A stretch of 38,943 bases of DNA from Alphaproteobacteria bacterium (GTDB taxonomy: Bacteria > Pseudomonadota > Alphaproteobacteria > JAJTHO01). The DNA lies in the NCBI GenBank assembly GCA_021297975.1, contig JAJTHO010000053.1:1-38943 (forward strand), given 5' to 3'. Every line of letters starts with the position of its first letter. Position 1 is the first letter of the stretch. The translations under genes and the position numbers were made by a program. The notes under the pieces were generated by a model. That model ran no database searches. It had not been told where the DNA came from and saw only the letters and a program-made list of their open reading frames with translations. Shown here piece by piece: positions 15,769 through 24,259 of this stretch.

Positions 15769-16305
15769 ATGATTAATAAGTGGCTGATACTCGGTGTTTT
15801 CCTCCTCTGCGTTGCTTGCAGCAGCGTAGCAGGTGCGCAATCTGCCGGGCTTATTTTCGAACGTGACCCAAAAACACAGCAACTGCAACAGCGGCTAAAC
15901 CAGCAACAGCACATAAGTCGGGGTTATCCGGCTCAAGTTACTCAGCCGCAAGCCGCCGCCAAGCAAAACCCCACGCGGGAGCAGTTTCTAACTTCCTTGC
16001 AAAGCAGCTATGCGGCCACACCAGATCTGGTTGAGCGCAACCTGCAAGCCAATCCCGGCGCCCAGCCCTCACAGTATCTTGGCTATAACAACCGGAATAT
16101 CGAATCGACGTATTTTATCTGCCGCTATGAAGCGGTGCGTACCGAACCGCCCGGCAACCCTGGCCGCGACCCGATTCGGAAAATTCAAATCCGCCAGTCG
16201 GTGTTTGAGATTTGCATGAACCGGGAAGGTTTCTTCCGCAAAGGCCGCGCGCCGATGCTGGATTTATCCATGGCCAGCTTTAATGACTGGTGGTATGGCT
16301 GGTAA
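15769..16305 (+). CDS. Hypothetical secreted protein or lipoprotein
   Basis: The signal peptide MINKWLILGVFLLCVACSS has a lipobox-like LCVAC. The N-terminal half is Gln-rich and the C-terminal part is Cys-containing. No family was recognised. Confidence 0.55.
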   Translation: MINKWLILGVFLLCVACSSVAGAQSAGLIFERDPKTQQLQQRLNQQQHISRGYPAQVTQPQAAAKQNPTREQFLTSLQSSYAATPDLVERNLQANPGAQPSQYLGYNNRNIESTYFICRYEAVRTEPPGNPGRDPIRKIQIRQSVFEICMNREGFFRKGRAPMLDLSMASFNDWWYGW

Positions 16306-16306
16306 A

Positions 16307-18310
16307 TTAGACCATACCCGCCGCCGCCAGCAGCATATCGAGCAGCTTAATCCCCGCAAACGGCAGCACCACGCCGCCGAGGCCATACACCAGCAAATTA
16401 CGGCGCAGCAAATACCCCGCCGGTGCCGGGCGATACGACACCCCGCGCAGCGCCAAGGGCACGAGGGCAATAATCGACAGCGCGTTGTAAATCAGTGCCG
16501 CGCCAATTGCTGTCGACGGACTTGAAAGCTGCATAATATTGAGCACGGCGAGTCCCGGCACGAGGCCGACAAACAAGGCCGGCAACAGCGCGAAATACTT
16601 GGCCAAATCGTTCGCAAAGCTGAAGGTTGTAAGCGCGCCGCGCGTCATCAGCAATTGTTTGCCGATTTCCACAATCTCAATCAGCTTGGTGGGATCGGAA
16701 TCCAAATCCACCATGTTTCCCGCTTCTTTCGCGGCCTGTGTGCCGCTGTTCATGACCAGCGCCACATCGGCCTGCGCTAAAGCTGGCGCATCGTTCGTGC
16801 CGTCACCCACCATCGCCACCAGCTCGCCGCCGTCTTGCATTTTACGAATCAGCTTGAGTTTCGCCTCCGGCGTTGCCTCAGCCAGAAAATCATCCACACC
16901 GGCTTCGGCAGCAATCGCGGCGGCGGTGAGCGGGTTATCCCCGGTTATCATAATGCTTTTGATACCCATGCGGCGCAGTTCCGCAAGGCGCACTTTAATC
17001 CCGGCTTTTACAATGTCTTTCAGCTGGATAACGCCGAGGACTTCGTTTCCTTCGGCAATCAGCAACGGCGTGCCGCCCTCGCGGGCGATGGCATCACGCG
17101 CGGCGCTGACGTCAGACGGGATGCTGCCGCCGATTTTACTGACCCGCAACGACACGGCATCGCCTGCGCCTTTCCAAATGCTGCGCTCACCAATCGTCAC
17201 ACCGCTGACGCGGGTTTCGGCGGTAAACGGGATAAAGGTTGCGCCCAAATCCTGCCAATTTTGCTCGGGCACCGCGTATTTTTCGTACGCCAGCGCGACG
17301 ATGCTGCGCCCTTCGGGGGTTTCATCGGCTAAGGAGGCCAGTGCGCAGGCCTCGGCAAGGCGCGTAAGGCTGACGGTTGCCGCCGGAACAAACGCAACCG
17401 CCTGACGGTTGCCGTGGGTAATCGTGCCGGTTTTATCAAGGAGCAAGACGGCCGCGTCTCCCGCCGCCTCAACCGCCCGCCCGGATAGCGCAACCACGTT
17501 GCGTTTCAGCAGCCGGTTCATCCCGGCAATGCCGATCGCGGAAATCAGGCCGCCAATTGTTGTGGGCGCGAGACACACGAGCAGCGCAATCAACGCCAGC
17601 ATGGAGAGCGGTGTTCCTGTCTCGCCGCCGATATACTGGGAAAACGGCAAGAGCGCCGCAACCACCAGCAGGAATAGTAAACTCATCGCCGCCAGCAATA
17701 TGCCCAGCGCCATTTCATTCGGTGTTTTCTGACGCTTACCCGCCTCTACAAGGGCAATCATGCGGTCGAGGAATGTCTCGCCGGGGTTGGTGGTAATCCG
17801 CACCACCAGCCAATCAGACAGCACCCGCGTTCCGGCTGTTACCGCGTCTCTATCACCGCCCGATTCGCGAATGACCGGGGCGGATTCGCCGGTTATGGCG
17901 CTTTCATCAACGCTGGCAACGCCCTCAATAACCTGACCGTCGCCGGGAATTACATCGCCGGCCTCTATGAAAACGTAGTCACCTTTTGCAAGAGAGGTGG
18001 CGGAAATCATCGTGTGGTTGCCGTGGTCATCCGGGTTTTTCAGCTTTTTCGCCATTGTTTGCTGGCGTGATTGGCGCAGGCTATCGGTTTGCGCCTTGCC
18101 TTTGCCTTCAGCCACCGCTTCCGCTAAATTCGCGAACAAGACGGTGAGCCATAACGTGACCGGCACCAGAACTTCAAAAGCCCCAATAGAGGGCGCGGTG
18201 ATGGCATAAAACGTTGCCACCACACTACACCCGTAAACAAGAAACATAAGCGGGTTACGCGCCTGGACACGGGGATCGAGTTTTTTAAACGCGCAGACTA
18301 GATTGCTCAT
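16307..18310 (-). CDS. kdpB: Potassium-transporting P-type ATPase, subunit B
   Basis: The DKTGTIT phosphorylation motif and [17 protein letters not shown] hinge are present. The C-terminus ...[14 protein letters not shown] is KdpB-like, and the gene overlaps the kdpA stop by 4 nt. Confidence 0.95.
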   Translation of the reverse strand: MSNLVCAFKKLDPRVQARNPLMFLVYGCSVVATFYAITAPSIGAFEVLVPVTLWLTVLFANLAEAVAEGKGKAQTDSLRQSRQQTMAKKLKNPDDHGNHTMISATSLAKGDYVFIEAGDVIPGDGQVIEGVASVDESAITGESAPVIRESGGDRDAVTAGTRVLSDWLVVRITTNPGETFLDRMIALVEAGKRQKTPNEMALGILLAAMSLLFLLVVAALLPFSQYIGGETGTPLSMLALIALLVCLAPTTIGGLISAIGIAGMNRLLKRNVVALSGRAVEAAGDAAVLLLDKTGTITHGNRQAVAFVPAATVSLTRLAEACALASLADETPEGRSIVALAYEKYAVPEQNWQDLGATFIPFTAETRVSGVTIGERSIWKGAGDAVSLRVSKIGGSIPSDVSAARDAIAREGGTPLLIAEGNEVLGVIQLKDIVKAGIKVRLAELRRMGIKSIMITGDNPLTAAAIAAEAGVDDFLAEATPEAKLKLIRKMQDGGELVAMVGDGTNDAPALAQADVALVMNSGTQAAKEAGNMVDLDSDPTKLIEIVEIGKQLLMTRGALTTFSFANDLAKYFALLPALFVGLVPGLAVLNIMQLSSPSTAIGAALIYNALSIIALVPLALRGVSYRPAPAGYLLRRNLLVYGLGGVVLPFAGIKLLDMLLAAAGMV

Positions 18311-20049
18311 ACGTTTCCAACCATCATCGCTATGGGCCCCAGGAATAAGGCGGGGAGATAGGTTAACACGCCGACGATAATAATACCGAGCAGCAGCCCA
18401 GCGAAGGTAAGGTCATCGGTTGCAAGCGTGCCGGAGGTTGCGGGCGCGGGGCGGCGGCTTAACAGCTGTTCGCTGAGAAGAAACACAATCGTCAGCGTGC
18501 CGAAACGGCTGAGCAGCATCAGCACGCCAAACAGCCAGTTATACACCGGCACATCAGCGCTAAGCCCGCCCAGCGCAGAACCGTTATTTTGCGCAACAGA
18601 GGTTACGCCGTAGAGCAACTCGGTGAAGCCGATGCTGCCCATGTTTGCCAGCTGCGCAGTGTAGACAGGGAAGCCCAACACGACGGCTGTTGTTGTGAGC
18701 GTTAAAAACGGTGGCAGTAAAATGTAAAGCGACAGCAACCGTACTTCGGCAACGCCGATTTTCTTGCCCCAAAATTCCGGCGTGCGCCCGACCATCAATC
18801 CAGCAATAAAGACGGTCAGCAAGCAATACAGCAACACCGCCACTATACCCATGCCGCTGCCGCCAAAAATAACTTCACCCACTTGCATTAAGATTAGCTG
18901 AAATGTTGTTGTTACTGGATGTAGTGCCTCAAAGCTGGCATTATTGGCACCTGTTCCCGTTGCGGTTGCCAGCATTGCCCAAACCGCAGAAGAAAGCGTT
19001 CCAAAACGTTGTTCTTTACCCTCCATCGCGCCGCCGCTTTGATACGCGCCCAGCGTGCTGTCTATAGGGGACGCCGTTATCGGCAACGCCTCGCTATACA
19101 CCGCAAACCCGATACACCATAGAAGTGATAGCATCTTAACCAGCAGCAGAATGCGCCCTTGGCGCTGATTATTACAGACAAGGCTCACGAGATGACACAG
19201 CCCGGCAGGCACGAGCAGCATCGCCAGCAGCCCCAGAAAATTTGTCAGCGGCGTGGGGTTTGCAAAGGGATGACCAGCGTTTGCGCCATAAAAGCCGCCG
19301 CCGTTCGTGCCCAGCTGTTTGCTGGCTTCTAAACTTGCAACCAGCCCCAGCGGCGCGGATACGTTTTTGCCGTCCTCAACCATTGTGTAGCTAAGCTCTG
19401 TGTGCAGCGTTTGCGGCACGCCCTCAAAGCCTAAGATAAGAGCATAAACGAGATACAGCGGCAACAAAAGATAAAGAACACTGCGGATGATATCCTGCCA
19501 GAAATTGCCCAGAACCTTGGTATCTTTGCGCTTTAACGCCCGCAATAGTACAAAGGCGGCACACAGCCCGACGGCAGCAGAGATGAAATGCTGAACGCCT
19601 AAGATAAGCGTTTGCGTTAAAGGATGCAGCGCACGCTCAGCGGTAACGGCTTGCCAGTTGGTGTTGGTGATATAGCTCGCCGCGAGGTTAAACGCCGTGT
19701 CGAGGCGCAGCGGCTCGGCACCTGGAAACAGCGGCAACGCGGGCTGAAAATACACCCCCGCCCAGACGACAAGAAAACTGAGCAGCGACAAACCCAGCAC
19801 GGCTTTGAGATACTGCCGCGCTGTCATTTCGGTGTTGGCTGCGCGCCCGGCCACGGCTTTCAACGCTGTTTCGATGAACTTTAAGGGCTTAAGCCACGTT
19901 GGTACTTGCCCGCTCATCGCTGCATACAGCAGCGCGCCCAACGGCTTATAGAAAATGATGACGAGGGCTATCAGCGTTATTAATTCCAGCGCCGATGTAA
20001 CGGTTAAAAAGCCCCCTAAATTTGGCACTGAGGCAGCGGGCGTGTCCAT
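18307..20049 (-). CDS. kdpA: Potassium-transporting ATPase, K+ channel subunit A
   Basis: This is a polytopic protein with KdpA selectivity-filter-like segments (...[18 protein letters not shown]..., ...[10 protein letters not shown]..., ...QNNGSALGG...). I set the start at ATG 20049. The tracked start at 20067 is TTG and would overlap kdpF. Confidence 0.9.
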   Translation of the reverse strand: MDTPAASVPNLGGFLTVTSALELITLIALVIIFYKPLGALLYAAMSGQVPTWLKPLKFIETALKAVAGRAANTEMTARQYLKAVLGLSLLSFLVVWAGVYFQPALPLFPGAEPLRLDTAFNLAASYITNTNWQAVTAERALHPLTQTLILGVQHFISAAVGLCAAFVLLRALKRKDTKVLGNFWQDIIRSVLYLLLPLYLVYALILGFEGVPQTLHTELSYTMVEDGKNVSAPLGLVASLEASKQLGTNGGGFYGANAGHPFANPTPLTNFLGLLAMLLVPAGLCHLVSLVCNNQRQGRILLLVKMLSLLWCIGFAVYSEALPITASPIDSTLGAYQSGGAMEGKEQRFGTLSSAVWAMLATATGTGANNASFEALHPVTTTFQLILMQVGEVIFGGSGMGIVAVLLYCLLTVFIAGLMVGRTPEFWGKKIGVAEVRLLSLYILLPPFLTLTTTAVVLGFPVYTAQLANMGSIGFTELLYGVTSVAQNNGSALGGLSADVPVYNWLFGVLMLLSRFGTLTIVFLLSEQLLSRRPAPATSGTLATDDLTFAGLLLGIIIVGVLTYLPALFLGPIAMMVGNV

Positions 20050-20057
20050 AAAATGGC

Positions 20058-20141
20058 CTAAAACCAATCGGGGCGAATCAGCGCCGCGAGGAGATAGCCA
20101 GCCATGCCAAGTGTCATGACGGCGGTGGTTATATCAAGCAT
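20058..20141 (-). CDS. kdpF: KdpF small membrane subunit (27 aa, below the ORF-track cutoff)
   Basis: My hand translation of the minus strand gives MLDITTAVMTLGMAGYLLAALIRPDWF*. This is a single TM helix with the KdpF-like GYL..AL..P..F tail, and it ends 8 nt before the kdpA ATG. Confidence 0.7.
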   Translation of the reverse strand: MLDITTAVMTLGMAGYLLAALIRPDWF

Positions 20142-20201
20142 GGGGAGTACCTAGCATGGGGCATGGGGTGCGTCACGTGTTCTTTTTGCCTGTAGTGTGA
20201 G

Positions 20202-20309
20202 GTCATCCCGACCAAAGCCGCGTAGCGGCTGTGCGGAGGGATCTCCAGTAAAATAAAAGGAGATTCCTCGACGGCACAAAACCTATCGGTTTTGTTTGCT
20301 CAGAATGAC
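20202..20309 (+). repeat. Nested-palindromic intergenic repeat, copy D (108 bp, same orientation as copy A)
   Basis: The left arm is GTCATCCCGACCAAAGCCGCGTAGCGGCTGTGCGGAGGGATCTCC. The right arm is GGAGATTCCTCGACGGCACAAAACCTATCGGTTTTGTTTGCTCAGAATGAC. It lies between the kdpF start and the clpP stop. Confidence 0.9.
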
Positions 20310-20350
20310 GCCGTTAAAAAAAAGTGTCTGCTAATAAAACACCTTGGAGA

Positions 20351-21010
20351 CTACTCTTTCTTATCGCCTTCCGCCAGCAGCGCCTCTTTATTAGGCCGCT
20401 CGGTGACGATTTCATCAATCAGACCGAATTTTTTCGCATCGTCCGCCGTCATGAAATTATCGCGATCCATGGCTTTTTCCACCACAGACAGCTTCTGACC
20501 GCAATGCTTGACATAAATTTCATTGAGACGCGCACGGAGAGCGAGAATTTCCTTCGCGTGAATCTCAATATCCGATGCCTGACCGCGGAAACCGCCGGAG
20601 GGCTGGTGAATCATGATGCGGCTATTCGGCAGGCTGAAACGTTTGCCCGGCGCACCGGCCGCAAGGAGCAGTGAGCCCATGCTGGCGGCCTGACCGATAC
20701 ACACCGTTGCAACCGGCGGGGTGATGTATTGCATGGTGTCGTACATCGCAAGACCCGATGTGACCACGCCGCCCGGGGAATTGATGTACATGTAGATGTC
20801 TTTTTTCGGGTTTTCTGATTCCAAAAATAACAGCTGTGCGCAGACCAGCGACGAAATACCGTCGTGCACTTCGCCCACCATGAAAATGATGCGCTCTTTC
20901 AGCAGGCGCGAATAGATGTCGAAAGACCGTTCGCCGCGGGCTGTTTGTTCAATAACAATGGGCACCAGCGTGTTGGTGTACACATCCATCGGGTCGCGTT
21001 CGTTGTACAT
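20351..21010 (-). CDS. clpP: ATP-dependent Clp protease proteolytic subunit
   Basis: The catalytic Ser context [11 protein letters not shown] and His context IMIHQP are present. The RBS is AGGAGAGAC. Confidence 0.95.
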   Translation of the reverse strand: MYNERDPMDVYTNTLVPIVIEQTARGERSFDIYSRLLKERIIFMVGEVHDGISSLVCAQLLFLESENPKKDIYMYINSPGGVVTSGLAMYDTMQYITPPVATVCIGQAASMGSLLLAAGAPGKRFSLPNSRIMIHQPSGGFRGQASDIEIHAKEILALRARLNEIYVKHCGQKLSVVEKAMDRDNFMTADDAKKFGLIDEIVTERPNKEALLAEGDKKE

Positions 21011-21046
21011 AGTCTCTCCTTATTAAGTGGCTTCTAACTGTTAATA

Positions 21047-22441
21047 TCAATGTTTGCAATTCTCATCATGGACATGCTCGGACGCCGCTGCGGTTTTTTT
21101 GCTGGCTTTGCTGCTTTTTGGTGCAACTTTTGCTGCATCGCTTTCGTCCTCAGACGCGACTTTTTTATCAAACGCAGCGCGGCTTATTGGCTTTTCCGTT
21201 GCGGTGATTTTGCCTAAGATAAACTCAATGATTTTATCTTCGTATATCCCGGCGCGGACGTTTTGAATTGCCGCTGCGTTGCCTTCATAGAATTTCAGCA
21301 CTTGCTGGGCGGCAGCGCCCATTTGCCGCGCGGTTGCGTAGATATGACGATACACTTCCTCGTCGGTGACTTCGATGTTTTCTTTCTGGCCAATATTCGC
21401 CAGCAGCAAGCCCAGCTTTACGCGGCGATCCGCAATCGGCGTCATCTCGGCTTTCAGGGCAGCGGGGTCGCTGTCTGGCTTCTCACGCTTTGCTTCTTCG
21501 AGAATGCCTTCCAGCTCATTCGCAACGAGGGTCGGCGGCAAATCGAACGCGGATAAGCCGTCGAGCTTATCGAGCAGCTCTTTTTTCATCAGCCCGCGCA
21601 CGTTGGTTGCGTAGGTGTTTTCAATCTGCTTGCCAACAGCTTCGCGCATTTTGCCCAAATCATCAAAACCGGCGGTTTTTGCGAAATCATCGGAGAGTTC
21701 AAATTCTTCCGGCTCTTTAATATCGGTGAGCTTGAGCGAGAAATTGACGTTTTTCCCGGCGTATTCGTTGCGGGCTTTGTCTTCTGTGAAATCAACGGTG
21801 CATTCTTCTGTCGCGCCTATTTTCTTGCCCGCAAGTGCCGCATCAATGGCCTCAAACAGCTGACCTTTACCGAGCACGGCCACAACGCCCTGCTCTTCCA
21901 AGAGCACTGCGCCATTGGCCGCATCGGTTGCGGTGTAGTTTAAGGTAACTTGGTCGCCTTTTTTCGCACCGCGTTTTTTACTTAAATCGACAAACTTAAC
22001 CTGATTATCAGCGATTTTTTCCATCGCCTCGTCAATGTCTTTGTCCTCAATCTTGACCACATTCTTGCTGAGCTTAATAGCCGCGAGGTCAATTTCGGGG
22101 ATTTCCGGGAACAGCTCAACCGATGCGGTGTATTCAACGCTATCGCCTTCGAGCTTTTCAAGATTGATACGCGGCTGTAAGGCGGGCTTCAGCTTTTGCT
22201 GTTCTAAGGCTTGGCCTAAAGACTCCTGTACGGTCTCTTCTAAGGCCTCAGCGCGGACAGACTGGCCATAGCGCTGGCGCAGCACCTGCGCGGGGATTTT
22301 GCCGGGGCGGAAGCCATCAATGCGCACTTTACCGGCCAAATCCAACAGCTTCGCATCGGCGCGGGTGTTCCACACACTGGCCGGTATTTTGACTTTCAGC
22401 TCCCGCAGCAGCCCTTCGGTTTTGGTTATTTCAACGTGCAT
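21047..22441 (-). CDS. tig: Trigger factor
   Basis: The N-terminal ribosome-binding domain is MHVEITKTEGLLRELKVKIP...GFRPGKIP, with an FKBP-like middle domain. The context is the typical tRNA-tig-clpP arrangement. Confidence 0.9.
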   Translation of the reverse strand: MHVEITKTEGLLRELKVKIPASVWNTRADAKLLDLAGKVRIDGFRPGKIPAQVLRQRYGQSVRAEALEETVQESLGQALEQQKLKPALQPRINLEKLEGDSVEYTASVELFPEIPEIDLAAIKLSKNVVKIEDKDIDEAMEKIADNQVKFVDLSKKRGAKKGDQVTLNYTATDAANGAVLLEEQGVVAVLGKGQLFEAIDAALAGKKIGATEECTVDFTEDKARNEYAGKNVNFSLKLTDIKEPEEFELSDDFAKTAGFDDLGKMREAVGKQIENTYATNVRGLMKKELLDKLDGLSAFDLPPTLVANELEGILEEAKREKPDSDPAALKAEMTPIADRRVKLGLLLANIGQKENIEVTDEEVYRHIYATARQMGAAAQQVLKFYEGNAAAIQNVRAGIYEDKIIEFILGKITATEKPISRAAFDKKVASEDESDAAKVAPKSSKASKKTAAASEHVHDENCKH

Positions 22442-22478
22442 AGCTCAGCGCCCCATGGTTAACAAAACATACAGAATA

Positions 22479-22563
22479 TGGTGCGGATGAAGGGACTTGA
22501 ACCCCCACGCCTTACGGCACAAGAACCTAAATCTTGCGTGTCTGCCAATTTCACCACATCCGC
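22479..22563 (-). tRNA. tRNA-Leu (anticodon UAG), class II with long variable arm, CCA encoded
   Basis: The reverse complement reads GCGGATG-TG-...-CAAGA-TTTAGGT-TCTTG-TGCCGTAAGGCGTG-GGGGG-TTCAAGT-CCCTT-CATCCGC-A-CCA. It has a 7-bp acceptor stem, a 5-bp anticodon stem and loop anticodon TAG. Confidence 0.9.
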
Positions 22564-22652
22564 ACGTGGCGCGCACCATAGCGGGGGTGTTGTAATGCCG
22601 CAACCGTAAACTAGCTGTTTCAAAATCTCTATAAAGTATATATACTGTGTGC

Positions 22653-23645
22653 ATGTACGCACTTTTTTTAGCGTTGCTCTTTATCGGCCTTGCGCCGCCG
22701 CTCGCGGCTGCGCAGCAAACCGCCAAAGAGCCGGCAAAGCTTGATGTGCGGCGGACGTTGCAATCGCCCAGCAGCGTGCTGCGCCTGCTTGACCCCCAGT
22801 TGCAACAGTTGATTCGCCTGAATTATGAGGGCGGTAATCCTGTTTCTGAGCAGCGCACAACGGCAAACAGCGCCCCGCCCGCGCTGCCCACCACAAACAG
22901 CGGCGTTATTAGCAACACACTGAATTTCCCGTGGCGGTATGTGGGCTATTTAGAAGTGCGGCGCAGCGAGACGGTGAGCGGCACTTGTACCGGCACGATG
23001 ATTTCGGCGCATGTGGTGCTGACTGCGGCGCATTGTTTATACGATGAAAAACAGGGGTATTTGACGGATGTTACCTTTATTCCAGCGCGCAACGCCGGGC
23101 TTGAGCCGCTGGGGCGCTATAAGGCAAAAAAAACCGTGCAGCTCAACCCCATTACCGGGCGGCTGAACACTAATTTTGATCTGGCTTTTGTTGTTTTAGA
23201 AGACAGCCCCTTTACTGAAGCCGCCAAAGAACGCTTCATCCCGGTGGGGATTGTGACCGATGCGCATTTTCAAAGCGGCAGCGTGCCCTTAAGCATTGTT
23301 GCCGCAGGCTATCCCACCGATAAGCTGGCAAACGTCAATCGCGGGATTTTGACAATCGCAACCACAACAGCCTACCGCAATCCCAAGCAGCCCAAATACC
23401 GCACCGCAGACGGCTTTTCCGAAACCAGCAACCAGTTTGAGCATAAGGCGCTTACCGAAGAAGGAACATCGGGGGGGCCCGTGTTTGTCTATCATCCCCA
23501 ATACAATCAGTTTGCCCTTGTCGGCGTTATTTCCATGCGCCGCACCTTTGAAGACGGCAGCGACTGGGCGGCGGCCATTAAGATTAATTCCATCACGCAG
23601 GCGGCAATTCAAAAGGCCGTGCGGCAGTTTGAGGCAAAGCCATAA
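22653..23645 (+). CDS. Secreted trypsin-like serine protease (S1 family, V8/glutamyl-endopeptidase-like)
   Basis: The signal peptide is MYALFLALLFIGLAPPLAAAQQ. The catalytic His is in VVLTAAHC, the Asp in NFDLAFVVL and the Ser in EEGTSGGPV. The tracked start 22647 is GTG, and the first ATG is 22653. Confidence 0.8.
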   Translation: MYALFLALLFIGLAPPLAAAQQTAKEPAKLDVRRTLQSPSSVLRLLDPQLQQLIRLNYEGGNPVSEQRTTANSAPPALPTTNSGVISNTLNFPWRYVGYLEVRRSETVSGTCTGTMISAHVVLTAAHCLYDEKQGYLTDVTFIPARNAGLEPLGRYKAKKTVQLNPITGRLNTNFDLAFVVLEDSPFTEAAKERFIPVGIVTDAHFQSGSVPLSIVAAGYPTDKLANVNRGILTIATTTAYRNPKQPKYRTADGFSETSNQFEHKALTEEGTSGGPVFVYHPQYNQFALVGVISMRRTFEDGSDWAAAIKINSITQAAIQKAVRQFEAKP

Positions 23646-23707
23646 GAGAATCTCTTGAACCCCCTCCTAAAATCGCCTAGCGTCCGCCCTAATCAGAGGC
23701 ACTGTTC

Positions 23708-24259
23708 ATGATACGCCCGCTTTTTGTTGTTTTTATTGGCCTGACGCTGCTGTGCGGCGTTGTCTATCCCGGTGCGGTGTATGGCTTACTTCAAGTGGCG
23801 GCGCCGTCCGCTGCCAACGGCTCTCCCCTTGTTATCAAGGAGGTGCCGCGCGGCTCGTTGCTGCTGGGTCAATCGTTTAGCGATCCGAAATACTTCTGGG
23901 GACGTATCAGTGCGACAGGGTATGACCCGACAACCTCCGGCAGCAGCCACACACCCGCCGTGAAACAAGCGGCCATCATCGAGACACGCGCAGGCGCGCT
24001 CTATCCCGAAGCAACCGCCCGCCGCCCGGTGCCGGTTGATCTTGTCACTGAATCCGGCAGCGGTCTTGATCCGCATATCAGTGTGAACGCGGCGCGCTAT
24101 CAGGTGAAGCGTGTGGCGAAAGCGCGCGGCATACCTGAGCAGCAACTGCTCAGCCTGATTGAAAACACCACCGAAGAGCCGCAGTTTGGCTTTTTAGGAC
24201 AAGAGCGGGTGAATGTGTTGCGGCTGAATCTGCTGCTGGATGCGGAGCAGCGCCTCTAA
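23708..24259 (+). CDS. kdpC: Potassium-transporting ATPase subunit C
   Basis: It has an N-terminal TM helix, and the motif VTESGSGLDPHISVNAARYQVKRVAKARG is the conserved KdpC C-terminal signature. It is separated from kdpB and lies on the opposite strand. Confidence 0.9.
   Translation: MIRPLFVVFIGLTLLCGVVYPGAVYGLLQVAAPSAANGSPLVIKEVPRGSLLLGQSFSDPKYFWGRISATGYDPTTSGSSHTPAVKQAAIIETRAGALYPEATARRPVPVDLVTESGSGLDPHISVNAARYQVKRVAKARGIPEQQLLSLIENTTEEPQFGFLGQERVNVLRLNLLLDAEQRL

Noticed and set aside
1926-20309. The four repeats considered as a CRISPR array.
   Set aside because: The copies are 2.5-10 kb apart and occur in both orientations. They are over 100 bp long and internally palindromic, with no regular repeat-spacer periodicity and no cas genes.
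22445-22726. ORFs 22445..22726 and 22459..22662 on the minus strand.
   Set aside because: They run straight through the tRNA-Leu gene and the divergent promoter region, so they are not credible coding sequences.
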